Assembly: GCA_951406725.2 (NCBI GenBank)
Contig: OX597824.1
Coordinates: 1,922,001-1,986,000, forward strand
Length of the DNA stretch: 64,000 nucleotides
Direction of reading: 5' to 3'
DNA from: Octopus vulgaris
Taxonomy: Eukaryota
Of this stretch, positions 1 to 13,597 are shown one piece after another. Made by a program: the position numbers and the translations under genes. Position 1 is the first letter of the stretch. Each line of letters opens with the position of its first letter. The notes beneath the pieces are model-generated. The model did no database searches, had not been told where the DNA came from, and worked only from the letters and a program-made list of their open reading frames with translations.

Positions 1-1220
1 ATTCACGGGAACACGAAATTTACAACTGCTTTTCAATATATTGGGACACATCCAAAATAATTATTGTTACGTTACTATCAATTGGTCGAACTTGCTTTCG
101 CATCTGCTTAAAAGTACCACTGCAGTAGAAATGTAATGAGTCGCCATGTTTACTTAAAAGAATAGATTTTAATTTTGTTGCAGAACCTAAACATCTTTAA
201 TTCACGATTGCTTACACAATCTTTCATTGCATTCATTTTTGTCCTTGTTGTTTAAACCAGGATCATTCGTGATTAAGAAGACCTATGATCAACGTCATTA
301 CACCCGTGACAACCCTGCGTTTCTTTCAGTTATAATATTTCCAGGTTTACATTAACTACTTTGCTATTCTTTTTCAAGTCAAGAGAGCATAATCTTTCGT
401 TTAATTGCCTGCTCTTCTATTAGGTCGTGCCAATCTGTTAATACTCATCTTATTAATATTGCATGGTACTGATAATGAAATCGATAATGAATTCGAATTA
501 ATTCCGTATTTAGTCAAATGTGTATTTCATAAGTACTCATCATGCATATATCTTTATTCACTAAAAGGTGCATAATAATTCATTGGTATCATTAAATTTC
601 ATACTATCTATATAATTTATCTCATTCTTTCACACACAGCTATTTACATATAAATTGAACATTCCACAGTTATGGATGTCAAAAGCCAGCGTCTATGAAT
701 CGGAAATTAAATTTGAAATGTATTCATATTTTAAATCTAAAACGGATAAATAAACTTTTTATTCGTTGCTTTTTTTCTCTTAGTTGCAACGTATTTCATT
801 TTATGTAAGATTCACTTTACAATTCGCAACCTTCAACATTTTGTACATTGAATAATCTGTCTCTGACTACATAAATTAATATATGCTAATTTATAATGAC
901 AAATTTAGATCGATTTGGAAGAAATCGCGCTGTTATTTCTAGAAGACAGCAACTGAATAACATGGTTGGTCCGGTCACTTAGTAATTTCGTTTGTGTCGG
1001 AAAAGAAACAGCGATCGGAAATTGGTCGCTCCAGAATAAGCTATACCTCTCCCGTTTTATTTACTTTTTTAGAGCTCTGGAATAAAATTTCGGATTGCAA
1101 AGCTTCAATGCATCTTTAAAGAGAAAGCATTTAATTATACGCGTCTAGCTTCAATATTGAAAAAAAAAATTATTTTCTACTCTAGGCACAAAGCATGAAA
1201 TCTTTAATATTTTAAAAATA

Positions 1221-1421
1221 TTATTTTCTGCTCTATGCACAAAGCCCGAAATGTTTGGGGAAGAGATCAGTCGATTACATGGAACCCAGTACGCAACTGG
1301 TACTTAATTTATCGAACATGAAAGGTAATTTGAACTCAGAACGTAACGTCACGTAACGTCATACGAAATACGGCTACGCATTTCGCCCGACGTGCCAACG
1401 TTTCTATCAGCTCACCGCCTT
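1221..1421 (-). mobile_element. tRNA-derived SINE, degenerate copy of the family at 42451
   Basis: Reverse complement begins AAGGCGGTGAGCTGATAGAAACGTTGGCACGTCGGGCGAAATGCGTAGCCGTATTTCG and aligns by eye to 42451-42677. A duplicated 3' end lies at ~1169-1200. Confidence 0.75.
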
Positions 1422-1677
1422 ACTATTTTTAAAATAGTCAAGCAAAATATAATTAAGCTTTCACTTAATATTTATATCTTAAGTGACAAACATTAACTTG
1501 GTATATTTCTTATAAGATTTTTTATAAGTTCAACTGCTTTATTTGAGGAATATTTTGTATAATTCTTGGACTTACAGGACTGTAGATTATGAAATGACAG
1601 GACGTCATACAAAAGCACATTATACACACATACATACATATATATATATATACATATATATATATGTGTGTGTGTGT

Positions 1678-1711
<34 letters not shown>

Positions 1712-1988
1712 TGTGTGTGTGTTTAGAGAAATAATTTTTTTCATAAAGCCTACACACAATTTGCGAAATTCCTTCCTAACGGTTAGCACCGTTCTACTCT
1801 CTAACAGGTTTCATAATCTTATCAAGTAATTTCCTAAATACCCTAAATAGATGTAGACACACACACACACACACACATACACACACACAGAAATTTTACT
1901 CGTGATTTCAGACTCCCGTTCGTCGGACAGTTGTGATAACAGTTCCGTGATAATTTTGTAGCTACAATAAAAAAAGTACGCACGTGCG

Positions 1989-2027
<39 letters not shown>

Positions 2028-3052
2028 TATTTCCCTGACCTCGTCTTGAAGGTATGGCTATGTATCGATTTTAGAAAATAACCACAGCGACACCTATATT
2101 GTCAACGTTTCACATAAGTTCTAACTACTATCAGTTGCTCTAAGATGGCGTTTATCTTAGAAATTCTGGCAAAACAAACGTACGTTACCCACAACCATTT
2201 AAGACAAAAATACTATAATCCACTGAATAGTGTAGTACGAGTTACAGCTTCTGATCAACTCTTGACCAGTATTAGATGCAGTATTAGGTGAAGGTTCTTT
2301 TCAATAGATAGCCATAAACAGACACCCACTTATGCACACGTATACGCACAAACACAACCACATATATTTATAAGAGATTGTTTTATATTTATTTTCTTTT
2401 TCTTCAAGCGGATATTTACAGTTGGAACTATTTATGAATTCCTTAAAGTGGGCTTATAATAACTGAACAGACTACGATAGCCTTTGATTAAAGGAATGCA
2501 AATATATAATTTTTCAAATAATTTTTCAACGTCTTACGATTGTCTCAGAAAAGCATTTATACTCGTTAATCTAATCATATTGTTTGTTAATGATATTAGT
2601 AACGTTATTGCCTTGCCTCTAGATATCCAGTCAAATATTTGCTGATATTGGAAGAACAACAATTTTCGAGGATACAAAACGAATTCTTTCGTTTCTGTAG
2701 GCTGCCTATTCAGTATTCAATAATATGCTGCGTCCTGTTGTTGTTGCTATTTAGCCTGCTGATCAAATCTGATTAAAGATACCTATTACGGAAAGAAGTG
2801 GCATCCTCAATCATCCATTTTTCTAGGGTTTGTTGGAATCGGAGTTTCCTTACATAAATAAATTATAAATATAAAGGATCTGATTGTAATTTCCAGGATA
2901 TGGAAATTCTTTTTCGTTTTCATCTTTTTAGCTCTTCGATTGCTAGAAAAGAGAGCATTATTTCCTGAATATTTACCGAATTTATCTAGAGTTTAAAGGT
3001 TTAAAAACGCTTCTCACTCCTCTTTATCTTCCTGTATATTATATATATATTC

Positions 3053-3410
3053 TTTACTACCTTCACCTAAGCGAAGGCGGGGGTATTGTTCTCAATCGTG
3101 TTTGTTTGTCTGTGGACAAGAGATCTCATGAACCACTGGATGGATTTGAATGAAACTTTCAGGGTTTTCTGGTTTCGTGACTGACACGAAGTGGTTAGAT
3201 TTTGGGATCGCACAAGGATTCTAAATTAATTTTCCTGTTTGTTTTTCACTTAATTTTTGAGAGCGGTCGCGTTCATTCTTAGTATTCTCATTTGTGAGAG
3301 CAGTCGAGTTTATTTCAGATATTCCCGTTTAAAAATTATCTCTGGCTAATCGTTGAGAGGACATTGGATTTGCCTTGGTAGAGGTTTGCGCTCTCTGAGA
3401 GCTCTTGTTT
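3053..3410 (+). mobile_element. Non-autonomous Helentron-type element (HINE/DINE-1-like)
   Basis: Degenerate subterminal inverted repeats (ACCTTCACCTAAG ~3059; CCTTGGTAGAGGT 3373-3385), internal TGTT/TGTC microsatellite, motif CCACTGGATGGATTTGAATGAAACTT, 3' hairpin GCTCTC-T-GAGAGC followed by a T-run. Confidence 0.65.
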
Positions 3411-3419
3411 TTTTATATT

Positions 3420-3798
3420 CTTTTAGTCTTTTACTTGCTCACGTTATTTGACTGCAGCCATGCTGGAGCACCGCCTTTAGTCGAACAGATCGTCCCCAGA
3501 AGTTCTTCTTAGTACGCCTAGTATTTATTCTACATTACAGGGATATGAACACATCAGTATCGGGTGTCAAGCGATGTTGGGGTAACAAACACTGACACAC
3601 AAATACATATTGATATATACATACATACATATATATGACAGGCTTCTTCCAGTTCCGTCTACCATATCCACTCACATGGCTTTGGTCGACCCCAGGCTAT
3701 TGTAGAAGGCACTTGTCCAAGATGGCACGCAGTGGGACGGAACCCAGAATCATGTGGTTAGAAAGCAAGCTTCTTACCAAATAGCCAAGCTTGCGCCT
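3420..3798 (-). mobile_element. tRNA-derived SINE with CORE-like segment (octopus-type family)
   Basis: Minus strand: AGGCGCAAGCTTGGCTATTTGGTAAG (A box) ... GGGTTCCGTCCC (B box) ... CTTGGACAAGTGCCTTCTAC. Homologous to 31183-31549 and 63022-63438. Confidence 0.8.
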
Positions 3799-4235
3799 AT
3801 ATACATATACATACATACATGCATACATACATAGATACACACACACATATATATATATATATAAGTGTATGTATGTATGTATGTGCACATACATAAATAC
3901 ACGCGCACATATACAGACACACACACACATATATTTATATATTGTTGTACAAAGATGAAAAGGCAATGAAGAGACATTTTTGTAAGAGATTTAAGAAACT
4001 AAGTTCAGCTATAATCCAACGTATCCTTATTTGGAGATTCACATTGATACATTCTCTTATGAATGAACGCGCAGGGTGGGGCAGAAAAGTCGGCAACTTC
4101 ATTTACTTCCACATTTTGTGTGTTAATACAGTTGAAACCGACTGAGGTGTGGAGCCATCACATAAATTCACTCATGTCTGCTTGAGCGAACTTGGGTCAA
4201 ACGAATTCTCGAGATCCACACACACATACACACAC

Positions 4236-4278
<43 letters not shown>

Positions 4279-5214
4279 CACGCACATACACACACCTGTA
4301 TGCGTACGCACACACACATGAACATACATTTATAAATACTTGCTGAGTGAAGATTGTTTTGTCACACTTACTTTCTAAATGTCAATGAGTATTAGGAATA
4401 ATTAATCAAATAAAAAGATGGCATTGTTCTGAAGACACTTTGAAATGTCAACGTTTCTGATTTCCATTGAAAACGTAAGGTTTTCAGTGAGATTACCAAA
4501 CGGTATTCTTTGTATAAACCCAGGTAAAATATAAGCCTTGCTGATATGTACGTGAAAACTGTGTGAACATTAGAATCATTGTTGATAATTTTGTAAGTTT
4601 TAAGTGGTACAAGTGTCTATCTACTAAAGGTTCCTTCAAGTAAATATCAACCATTAAGAATGAAATGTTAGGATCTCCTCTGTACGATTTAGTATAGATT
4701 AATAGTTTTTTCGTAAAATCCGTTTCATTGAGAAATTGTGATATTTGAATGTCATCAACGACATTGTGTCGGTTGCACGTCTTCAAAAATAAATTAATAA
4801 ACCATTTATATTAACTTGAATCTTATAACCGCGGCAGAATAAGTGTTCCCACATATATAGAAACTCTCTGAAATTATTCAGAATTGTTTTTTTTTTTTCT
4901 TTTGCTATAAATGCCCAGTTTTTGACAGAAAAAAGCTGACTTTTCTTGCACACTACACGGAAAATTACCTAAATATGGTCCCTTATTTAACAAATCTAAA
5001 CCTACCAGATGGTATATGGTTTACTTTGTTACTAAACGATGGTGATTCCTTCTCAAATTCCAATAAATATATGCTGCGGACACATTTAATATATTGTACG
5101 ACTGCAGAAACATTTTATATGTAGTAGCTACTTTATACCGCTGAGGCATACAATATTATGATACTAAATATGTTCGCGGTGCACAGACAACCCCCATCAC
5201 ACACACACACACAT

Positions 5215-5253
<39 letters not shown>

Positions 5254-8235
5254 TAAAGTTTTCACAAGATAATGAAATACAGATATTGATTGTCATTGAA
5301 TAATTTAGAAACCTGAACAACGTCGAAGTCAAAACTAATCGGACTTATTTTCAAAAGCAAGGAATATTATTTGAAATATTTCGCAAAGAACGGTACAAAT
5401 AAATCCAGTGTCATTATTCAAGGATTTACAAAATATACTTCTTGAAGATAATAATATAATCAATGCTTATAAATTTGGTTATCACAAAAAAACAAAAAAA
5501 ACTAATTAGTTAACAGCTGATTGCTGTAAATGATAAAAAGGCAAATTTAATTTCCATTGCTTCTTTACTGTCGAGTACGAAACGTGTATTCCATTTTCTT
5601 ATTAGCGCTAAATGTGATAGGAAGAGAAATCCCATGGAATCTACTTTTACGGAATGATAAAATGCTTGTAGAGAAAGGAGCACATGATTTATTCGACACT
5701 AATGTTACTTGCTAAAAGTACACTTAACTCGTTCGATTAAATTAATTAGTCAGAAGGTGAAATGAGAACTTAGTCTATGTCAATCTATGTTGACCCCCGA
5801 CGCAGTATAATAGAGTTCCCTTTCAATCTCCTAATATAGACGTGAAAATACTTCTGGAGTAATTAAAAGAAAAAGCAAACAACAGTGTTGCGGAGAAGAA
5901 ACAGAAAAAAAGGAAACATTCGAGAAAAGAACAAGCAGCAAAACAAACAACAAACATTTCTTGAATAAATGAAATTGCTTGAAGAGGAAATCTTATACAA
6001 AGATTGACTACAATCAACTTAGTTTTATTGAAGTTATAATCACCGTGTTGAAAGGTTATCTGTGAACAATATAAAGATAAATATCAAGTGCTGGACCGTA
6101 TTTCTGAATAAGAGCAGCGTCGAGAGTACAGAGCAATAAATAAAAATCTGAATGAGATATTTCAATTGATTTTTATCTTTCACAAACAACTTCCTCGACC
6201 ATTGCGTAATAATTGGAAGCCGCAACGAGGAGGAGATTCGCCTCTTTCTCTCTCTCTATCTCTTTTCCTCCCTCTCAGGTAAAAGAGTCGCCTGAAGACA
6301 TGGCAGCAATTTGCACTGATTCTCTGATTTGGAAGCACAAATTTGTTTTTTTTTTTGCGTGTTTGGCTTTCGCGCATTTTCCAAAGTAACAATTTTCGTT
6401 TGGAAAACAAATGACGTTCGGGAACGAAGCAAGAAGTTGTAATCATGAAATAAATGTTAACACAACGCTTCCTGCTTTTCCTTTGATCTTACCGCATAAG
6501 ATTACTAAGTCGGTTTCTTTACAGATTCTCCGATGTATTCATACTCATTCTCTTTCATTCGTTCTCTCTCTCTCACTCTTTCTCTCGCTTTTCTTATTTA
6601 TAAAAATGTGTGTGTTTGTGCATTTGTGTATGTGCGTATGTGTATGTGTGTGTGTGAGTGTGCAAGGATGTGAGGAAATAACGGAATATAATTAGTACAA
6701 ACACATCAAAAGTGTTAACTTTTTCGACATCGTTCGAGTTTGCGCAATAAAGTTCAGATTGTTACTATATCTGATAGCATGGCGAGATGAAATGTTGTGT
6801 TCAGTTTAATGAACTTAATATGAAGGACTGTTTGCTAATGATTAGTATGCATGAAGAGTTGACTTGGAACCACGTGGCTCTTAACCAGGCAGTCATAATT
6901 GGAGTCATAGGATTAATATGTTTTAGTTTTTGCTGCCATTTCTATCACATGACAGTCGAGATGACAGAATTGTAAGAGAGTTCGATCAAATGTCTCCCTT
7001 GCTATTAGTTCTCTTGACGCTCTGCGTTCAAATCCCGCTGGGGTCACCTTTACAGTTGATTGAAAGATTCCCATTTCAGGTGACTACTATTTTCACTTGG
7101 TGCCTTTGGTGACTTTTAGTGATGTCCACTCTGATGCATGCATCAGCAACATAAATTTACTTTAAGAATAGCTTACTATCATTCATTAATTCCACCAACT
7201 TCAGGCGTTCATGAAACCAGCCATCCTTGCTGGTTTCCAAAATGAAAATAAAGTGTCAATTTAGACTCTAAAAGTGTTGCATGGGAAAACTTTTGCCAGA
7301 AGTGGAGTGCATCATCTAATCACCAGGCAGGTCGTAAAAAAAAAAAATGAATTTTGTAGTCGAGCCATTCAGATAGACACGTGACCTGCAGTTTGTCTGT
7401 GACTGGTTTAGAATTATAATCGTTGAGTTCTGACAGAGTATGAGATAAAAACATAGAAATGGGTTAAAACAGAGAAAAGTAAAATGTGTTATTAATTCTT
7501 ATACATACGGATATAGACATACATTCATAGATGTATATGTATATATACATATCTGTGTATGTATGTGTGTGTATGTGTGTACTTATATGTGTGTGCGTGC
7601 AGTAATTTCACCCGCAAGTGGGATTGAGTTATAGGGAGCAGGGAGTAAATTCCCTTATTGTAGTTATGAGCGATTGTCTTGGCGACTAAGCCTGTTGAAT
7701 GAACAAACGTATGCCTTATGTCACCATATGCACATGCGTGTCTTTGTAGTTTGCAAAATACATAAATGTACATGCGTATATAAATACATAAAAGGAATAG
7801 ACGTATAATGCAAAAACCAATGAGACGGTGAATGAGAGAATGATGATGTTTTCTGAAGGAATACAAGGAAATCCTCAAGCGTGTCATGGGGAGATGAATT
7901 GCTCCGTCAGTGGCAGAAGAAAAGGCTAACATAAGAACTCAATGCAAATCCACGTTCACGTAGCCTGATCCGCACACCAACGCGAACACGAAACAAGCTA
8001 ATTATGACCAAAAGTATTTTAGGCGTTAATACCCTTCCATATATTATTCCATTTGGAACTCACTTTTTCTCAGAATGCCTTACCTAAACTTCTAACTACT
8101 TTAAGACGAGAGGGAGATATTTTGCACGATGTATTTCTTGACTGTGGTCTGCTTCAGAAAGGCATTCAGAGACCTCTTTTCCTTCAGCCGATATACAGAA
8201 TTGCCGAACTTACTGGAAACTTTAGAAGAGATTGT

Positions 8236-8548
8236 GGAGGCGCAATGGCCCAGTGGTTAGGGCAGCGGACTCGCGGTCGGGGGATAGCGGTTTCGATTCC
8301 CAGACCGGGCGTTGTGTGCTTATTGGGCGAAAACACCTAAAGCTCCCGAGCCTCCGGCAAGGAGTGGTGGCGACCCCTGTCGTACTCTTTCGTCACAACT
8401 TTTTCTCACTCTCTCTTCCTGTTTCTTGAGTAACGCTGCGATGGACTGGCGTCCCGTCCAGCTGGGGGGAACACATACGCCACAGAAACCGGGAAACCGG
8501 GCCCATGAGCCTGGCTAGGCTTCAAAAGGGCGCATAAATAAATAAAAA
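8236..8548 (+). mobile_element. tRNA-derived SINE, well preserved
   Basis: A box TGGCCCAGTGG, B box GGTTTCGATTCCC, central GCGATGGACTGGCGTCCCGTCCAG (resembles a V-SINE-type domain), (TAAA)n tail. Confidence 0.8.
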
Positions 8549-9198
8549 TTAAGATTACAGATTTATTAGGAAAACCTAAAATGATGCACAAAAGTTAAAA
8601 TGTGTTCATTACAGGAATTTATAGAGAAGGGCAAATTGTTTTCAGAGATTTACATGAAGTTCAATTAAAACATCACAATGGCAGATAGGAAGATATTCTT
8701 TTAAGAATTAAATCTAAAATTAATTGGAACAGTAAGAACATATAAAGTTCAGGAATATAAATGAGACATTAAAGATGAGATCTAAATAAAAAGAAATTCT
8801 ATCTTGATAAATCCCTTATATCATTGTCGATTTTAAACATTGCGATGTTTCATTAATTGTTTAGAGTTACCCAATGTTCCCCTACTCTTAACCAAACATA
8901 TTATTTTGTTTGGTAATATCTCTTCCAATTACTGTTGAATAAGTTATGCCTTTTGTAGGTGACAAATCAACAGGTTGTACGAATGCCTTCGCAGATATTT
9001 CATCTTTTTGTTTTGTTTTAAATGAAATGTTTCCGAATATTTCACAAAGTATAAGCAATGACAATTTATGTTCGTAAAAAATGGTGAGACAATATTTTTC
9101 AGCGTCTTCTCCACTTGTAGCTAGATATAGTGGGATATACAGCATATTTTTATATCTTTGTCGCATTCTTTGTTTATTCACTGAATAAAATTTGTCAA

Positions 9199-9390
9199 AT
9201 GCGTGGCCTACACGCCGCAAGATTCCCTTCCCAGCTTGAGCCAGCGGTTCCATGCCGAGGGGGTGGCGAAAGGCCTGACAGTGTGACAATTTTCGTATCG
9301 CGAGAAAGCAGGCTACTCATCTGGGTTGCCACATGCAATGACACCTTCTTTAGCATCATCTTGGTGTGTTCGGACCAAACTCCGAGTTCG
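9199..9390 (+). pseudogene. Fragment of the restriction-like endonuclease domain of a CRE-type non-LTR retrotransposon
   Basis: ORF 9130-9393 contains LEPAVPCRGGGERPDSVT...LLIWVATCNDTF, matching the EP..L.R.DGKRPDG.T...L.WD.TC.DT pattern. Confidence 0.6.
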
Positions 9391-10278
9391 TGATCATCTT
9401 GGGAAACGCCATTTCAATTTTATTTGCTGGGACCAGGGATCAATCTGAATTACAGGAAATCAAGAGAATGTGAGAATTTCATAGATTGCCATGTGAACAA
9501 ATAGAATTATACCACCCCTCTTCAGTTAAAAGAAAAACGCAAGAAAATCTCTACCATTTTATTGATAAACTATAACCTTGGGAAATGACTGAATAAATAC
9601 TCTGTATGATTTGAACTTCGTAAATTTCTCTCGAAGCAACATTATTTTCGCTGAGCCAAATGTAATATACACACACACGCACACACACACATACACATAC
9701 ACATTAAGATATATACATGTATATATGTATTTATATACATACATGCATGCATATACACACATACACATAAATGACTGCTGTGCATCTAAGAAACTCGACT
9801 GTCAGAACTATCAGATGGATCACTCTCTATAGATTAGAAAATAATAAAAATATAAAGTGAAAATATATTGGATACTGTATGCCCAATTCTACTGAATCAC
9901 ATCGTACTCTGTTTATGAGGTGATCCTAGACGGAAAGTCTTTCATCTTACATCTGTTCTGTAGAGTCTGACATGATGCTTATATCTTGGAGGACGATCAA
10001 ATACGCAGTGGGTTTAAAATCCGATGAAATATTTTCAACGTTCCTTAAAAACAAAATTAAGTGTAATTTGAAATTTTTACGTAGAGAAAACTATGTTTAA
10101 AGAACGAGAGAGAGAGAGAGAGAAAGTGAATCAGAGTTAGACACAACAGATTGGCAATCCATTCAAGGGGAATTTTTTAGCAGAGTGGTATCATTCGAAA
10201 GCTAAAAGTATGCATGGAGGCGCATTGTGAGCAGAGGTATACAACAATATCTGACATTCTTTTCGATAAAGTAATGCT

Positions 10279-10338
<60 letters not shown>

Positions 10339-11468
10339 CTATCCATCTATCTATCTCTCTCTCTCACACACACACGTTTAAGTTGAAATCTAGGATGAAA
10401 TGCAGTTTTGAAAACGTTTTCTTTTTTTGAATGCAACAAAACAATTGCTAGTAATTTGGATATCCTTCACGCACTTTCTTCTTCTTTTAAAACGTTTTTT
10501 TACGAATTTGAAACGGTTAAATTAATTGAAGATCATTGAATGGATACCGTAAGTAATGTACCTGCTTTCATTGTTTTTTCATTTCTTTTCCATTTTGTGG
10601 AAAGCTATCGAATTAATTTCGGATGTTTTATTGCATAAAATAGATTAAAATTTGGAATGAAATAGAAGAACTTGGAATGAAATAGAAGAACTTAATACGT
10701 CCCAACAAGCAAATGAAAGTTAATTAGAAAACCATTTCATTTGAAACAAGGAACTGAAATTTCGTTTTCTGATTATAACTGTTCACTACTAAATTCAACG
10801 GAACGCCAGAATTTCTATTTGTCGCAGACGGAAACTAATTAGTATTCCTTGCCATATGGTTATTCAAATATTATATCACCTTCAGAACCAAACTTCCATG
10901 TTGCTCGTATCTCTTAGGCCGCAATCGCTAAAAGCTTCCTCCAAAATCAATAAGTTTAGATGTGCGTAACATTGAGCAATTTACAAAAATATCAAATATA
11001 CGTCAGTCCAACGCAGACTAACGCAAATATTACTCCGTAAATATTCCAATATTCTGCATATTATAATTGAATTTTATAGAATGATGACAAAAACAAAACA
11101 TTTTAACGATATACCATAATTTTTAATGGCAAATTTCTATGAAATCATTTATTAACATACAATATATTTCATATCACTAAGCAACTGTGCAAACATTTTC
11201 ATCGTATTGCATTTTAGTTCCACTAAATTAAAATTTCCAATATTCGAATTGTGCGTCTTAGCTTTTTTTCCCTTGCACCCCACTAAATGAGAATGCAGAA
11301 AATCTCAAATTTCCAAAGAATCATCACTCACTGCCATGGTGCTTGTTCCCTCACTTTTAAGGCATGAAACGGCAAATAGCAGCGAAAACATACAGATCAG
11401 ATGTTGCTACGGTCCTACATATAAAAGACACATATAGAAATTAAAATCTTATATATATATAGATAGAT

Positions 11469-11499
<31 letters not shown>

Positions 11500-11779
11500 C
11501 ATATATATATATGTGTGTATGTATGTATGCATGCATATATAAATACATATTTATTTATATATATATATGTATTTATGTGCATGGATTCGCACATGTGTAT
11601 GTGTGAGACAGTGCTTTGTGAGCTTGTCTGTTTGTCCGGTATGTTTATGTCTGATTCCAAACGAATGAAACTGGTTGAAAGATAACCTGATGCAGGAGTG
11701 GTGGAATTTCAAAGAAGTCAATTATGATAGTCAAATCTAAAATAGATTTCTTCTGTTTCGGATCAACACAATTGGTGTT

Positions 11780-12135
11780 ATGCCAACTTCCGATTTCTCG
11801 GCGAAGTCTGAGAATCTCTATTAGTTTTCTGTTCATAATCATTCTAATCTCGAAATTTACACGAAAGTAAATCAAAGACATATAGTTCCAGTCTCTCTAA
11901 AAATTCTAACATTTCGAATAAAATGATAAACAGGATAAAGATTAATACATATGATATGAAAAATATTGTTTACGTATCCTTTCTTCTAATTAGAACCTAA
12001 TGGTTTTTACATCGCAACGAAACTGTTTGTTGCATACGTCAACATTACCAATTTTAAAATATAAGGATAGAAACTTAACAAATGTAGATAAGATATATCT
12101 CATGTCCGTGCCAAACGCTTTAACCATTGAAACTC
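11780..12135 (+). pseudogene. Possible highly degenerate PLE GIY-YIG C-terminal fragment
   Basis: Frame-shifted peptides KSKTYSSSLSK and CLLHTSTLPILKYKDRNLTN resemble the STSLSK and C..C..E..IL....L.N motifs of the ORF at 13941. Confidence 0.3.
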
Positions 12136-12169
12136 TGAAGAAAGCAAAACAGATCGGACGTCTCTCATC

Positions 12170-12297
12170 TTTCTTACATTCTGGTTCCCCCTTCTCTCTC
12201 AATCTTTCTTCTTCTCTCTCTCCCTCTCTGATTTATTTATATATATCGTTAAGTAGATATAAATGAATTTGCAGTATTTGTGTATATTTCTGAGTGT

Positions 12298-12364
<67 letters not shown>

Positions 12365-13078
12365 ATAATTATATATGTTATACATATAAAAGAAGAAGCA
12401 GAGAATGGAGATTGAGATGGTAATAATTGTTTATTATTCACAGCAGGCTAAAGAATCCGTAAACACATAAAGCATCCAAGGCTCAGGTCATATAAATATA
12501 AATTTTGAGTATTAACTGAAACAGCTGTAAGTGAAGATCATTAATTTGCTGTTAATAATAATCAACTAGTAACTTCCCAATCTCCATTTTCTCTTTTTTT
12601 CTTTATGTGAATATGAATTATATGTTTATATATATAGCTATTATTTTAAGGAAATTAATTCCTCAAAAATATTAGATATTAAAGCAGCGTTTCCTTGGAT
12701 GAAAATATCCCTTCATTGGTTTAACACAGCCTCCAATCGAAATATATATATATATATATAATTAATTGTTATCGCCATATTACTATGGCATTCTTATAGA
12801 TATAAGAATAATCGCTGCCGCTGGTCAGCTCCATGAGGCCACCGCCTTAAAATAGCTATTGATACACGATCTGTATCCATTAGAACTTTCGAACAAGGGA
12901 GGTCAGCCGCTTCACACTGCCAGTCCGACAGCTACAGACGCGTTTAATAACACTGAGAAATATACACAAATAATGCAAATTCATTTATATCTACTTAACG
13001 ATATATATAAATAAATCAGAGAGGGAGAGAGAGAAGAAGAAAGATTGAGAGAGAAGGGGGAACTAGAATGTAAGAAAC
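12170..13078. repeat. Inverted repeat pair: 12170-12301 vs 12946-13078
   Basis: TTTCTTACATTCTGGTTCCCCCTTCTCTCTCAATC...GAGTGTTATT is the near-exact reverse complement of AATAACACTGAG...GGAACTAGAATGTAAGAAA. Confidence 0.9.
12360..12640. repeat. Diverged inverted repeat (~12360-12445 vs ~12547-12630) with a partial HHR (GAAACAGCTGTA at 12518) in the loop
   Basis: AGAGAATGGAGATTGAGA..TTATTATTCACAGCA vs TGCTGTTAATAATAA..TCCCAATCTCCATTTTCT; flanked by (TA)n. Confidence 0.6.
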
Positions 13079-13408
13079 TAGGTAAATAGAAAAACCTTCG
13101 AACAGAGACGTCAGTGGCGACACCTTCGGGGTCTGACTGTGCTACATTAACAAGGGGCGAAACCCCGAAACGCGTCTGTAGCTGTCGGACTGGCAGTGTG
13201 AAGCGGCTGACCTCCCTTGTTCGAAGGTTATAATGGATACAGATCGTGTATCAATAGCTATCTTAAGGCGATGGCCTCATGGAGCTGACCAGCGGCAGCG
13301 ATTATTCTTATATCTATAAGAATGCCATAGTAATACGGCGATAACAATTAATTTCCAGTAAACGCTACCGTAATCTCTTTTATAGAGACTTAGTAATTTT
13401 AATATTTC

Positions 13409-13410
<2 letters not shown>
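12760..13410 (+). mobile_element. Short non-coding PLE-type/retrozyme-like element with a 5' inverted copy (arms 12760-12945 and 13168-13353), between (TA)n tracts
   Basis: The ~186-bp arms are near-identical reverse complements. An HHR fold sits at the inner end of the right arm. Confidence 0.75.
13132..13189 (+). ncRNA. Type I hammerhead-like motif with variant core (UUAACAA)
   Basis: Stem I GCTACA/TGTAGC, extended by TCTGAC/GTCGGA; core TTAACAA; stem II GGGG-CGAAA-CCCC; GAAA; palindromic stem III ACGCGT; GUC cleavage triplet. Confidence 0.65.
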
Positions 13411-13461
<51 letters not shown>

Positions 13462-13500
13462 TATATGAAAGAATGGAGTTGAACGACTAGTTAACAAATA

Positions 13501-13597
13501 TCCTTTATTCTCGACATATGTTTCGAAGGCTGCATATTCCTAATTCCCAAGGAATAAGGAGTACATTATGCAGATTTCTCATCAGGAAAATCAAGGA
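13501..13597 (-). ncRNA. Type I hammerhead ribozyme motif (left arm)
   Basis: Minus strand: ATTTTC-CTGATGA-long stem II (CTGCATA...TATGCAG)-GAAA-C ATAT G-TC-GAGAAT; palindromic stem III ACATATGT. Confidence 0.8.

Noticed and set aside
6200-6420. Pyrimidine tract + CAG followed by an ATG as a possible gene start
   Set aside because: The pyrimidine tract is a (CT)n microsatellite and the ORF is short and uninformative.
8236-8310. tRNA gene candidates at SINE heads (also 42451, 60084)
   Set aside because: Cloverleafs are imperfect and continue into SINE bodies, so they are not functional tRNAs.
10652-10693. 20-bp direct repeat (also a 22-bp repeat at 44345-44387) as CRISPR-like
   Set aside because: These are simple two-copy tandem duplications without spacers, in a eukaryotic context.
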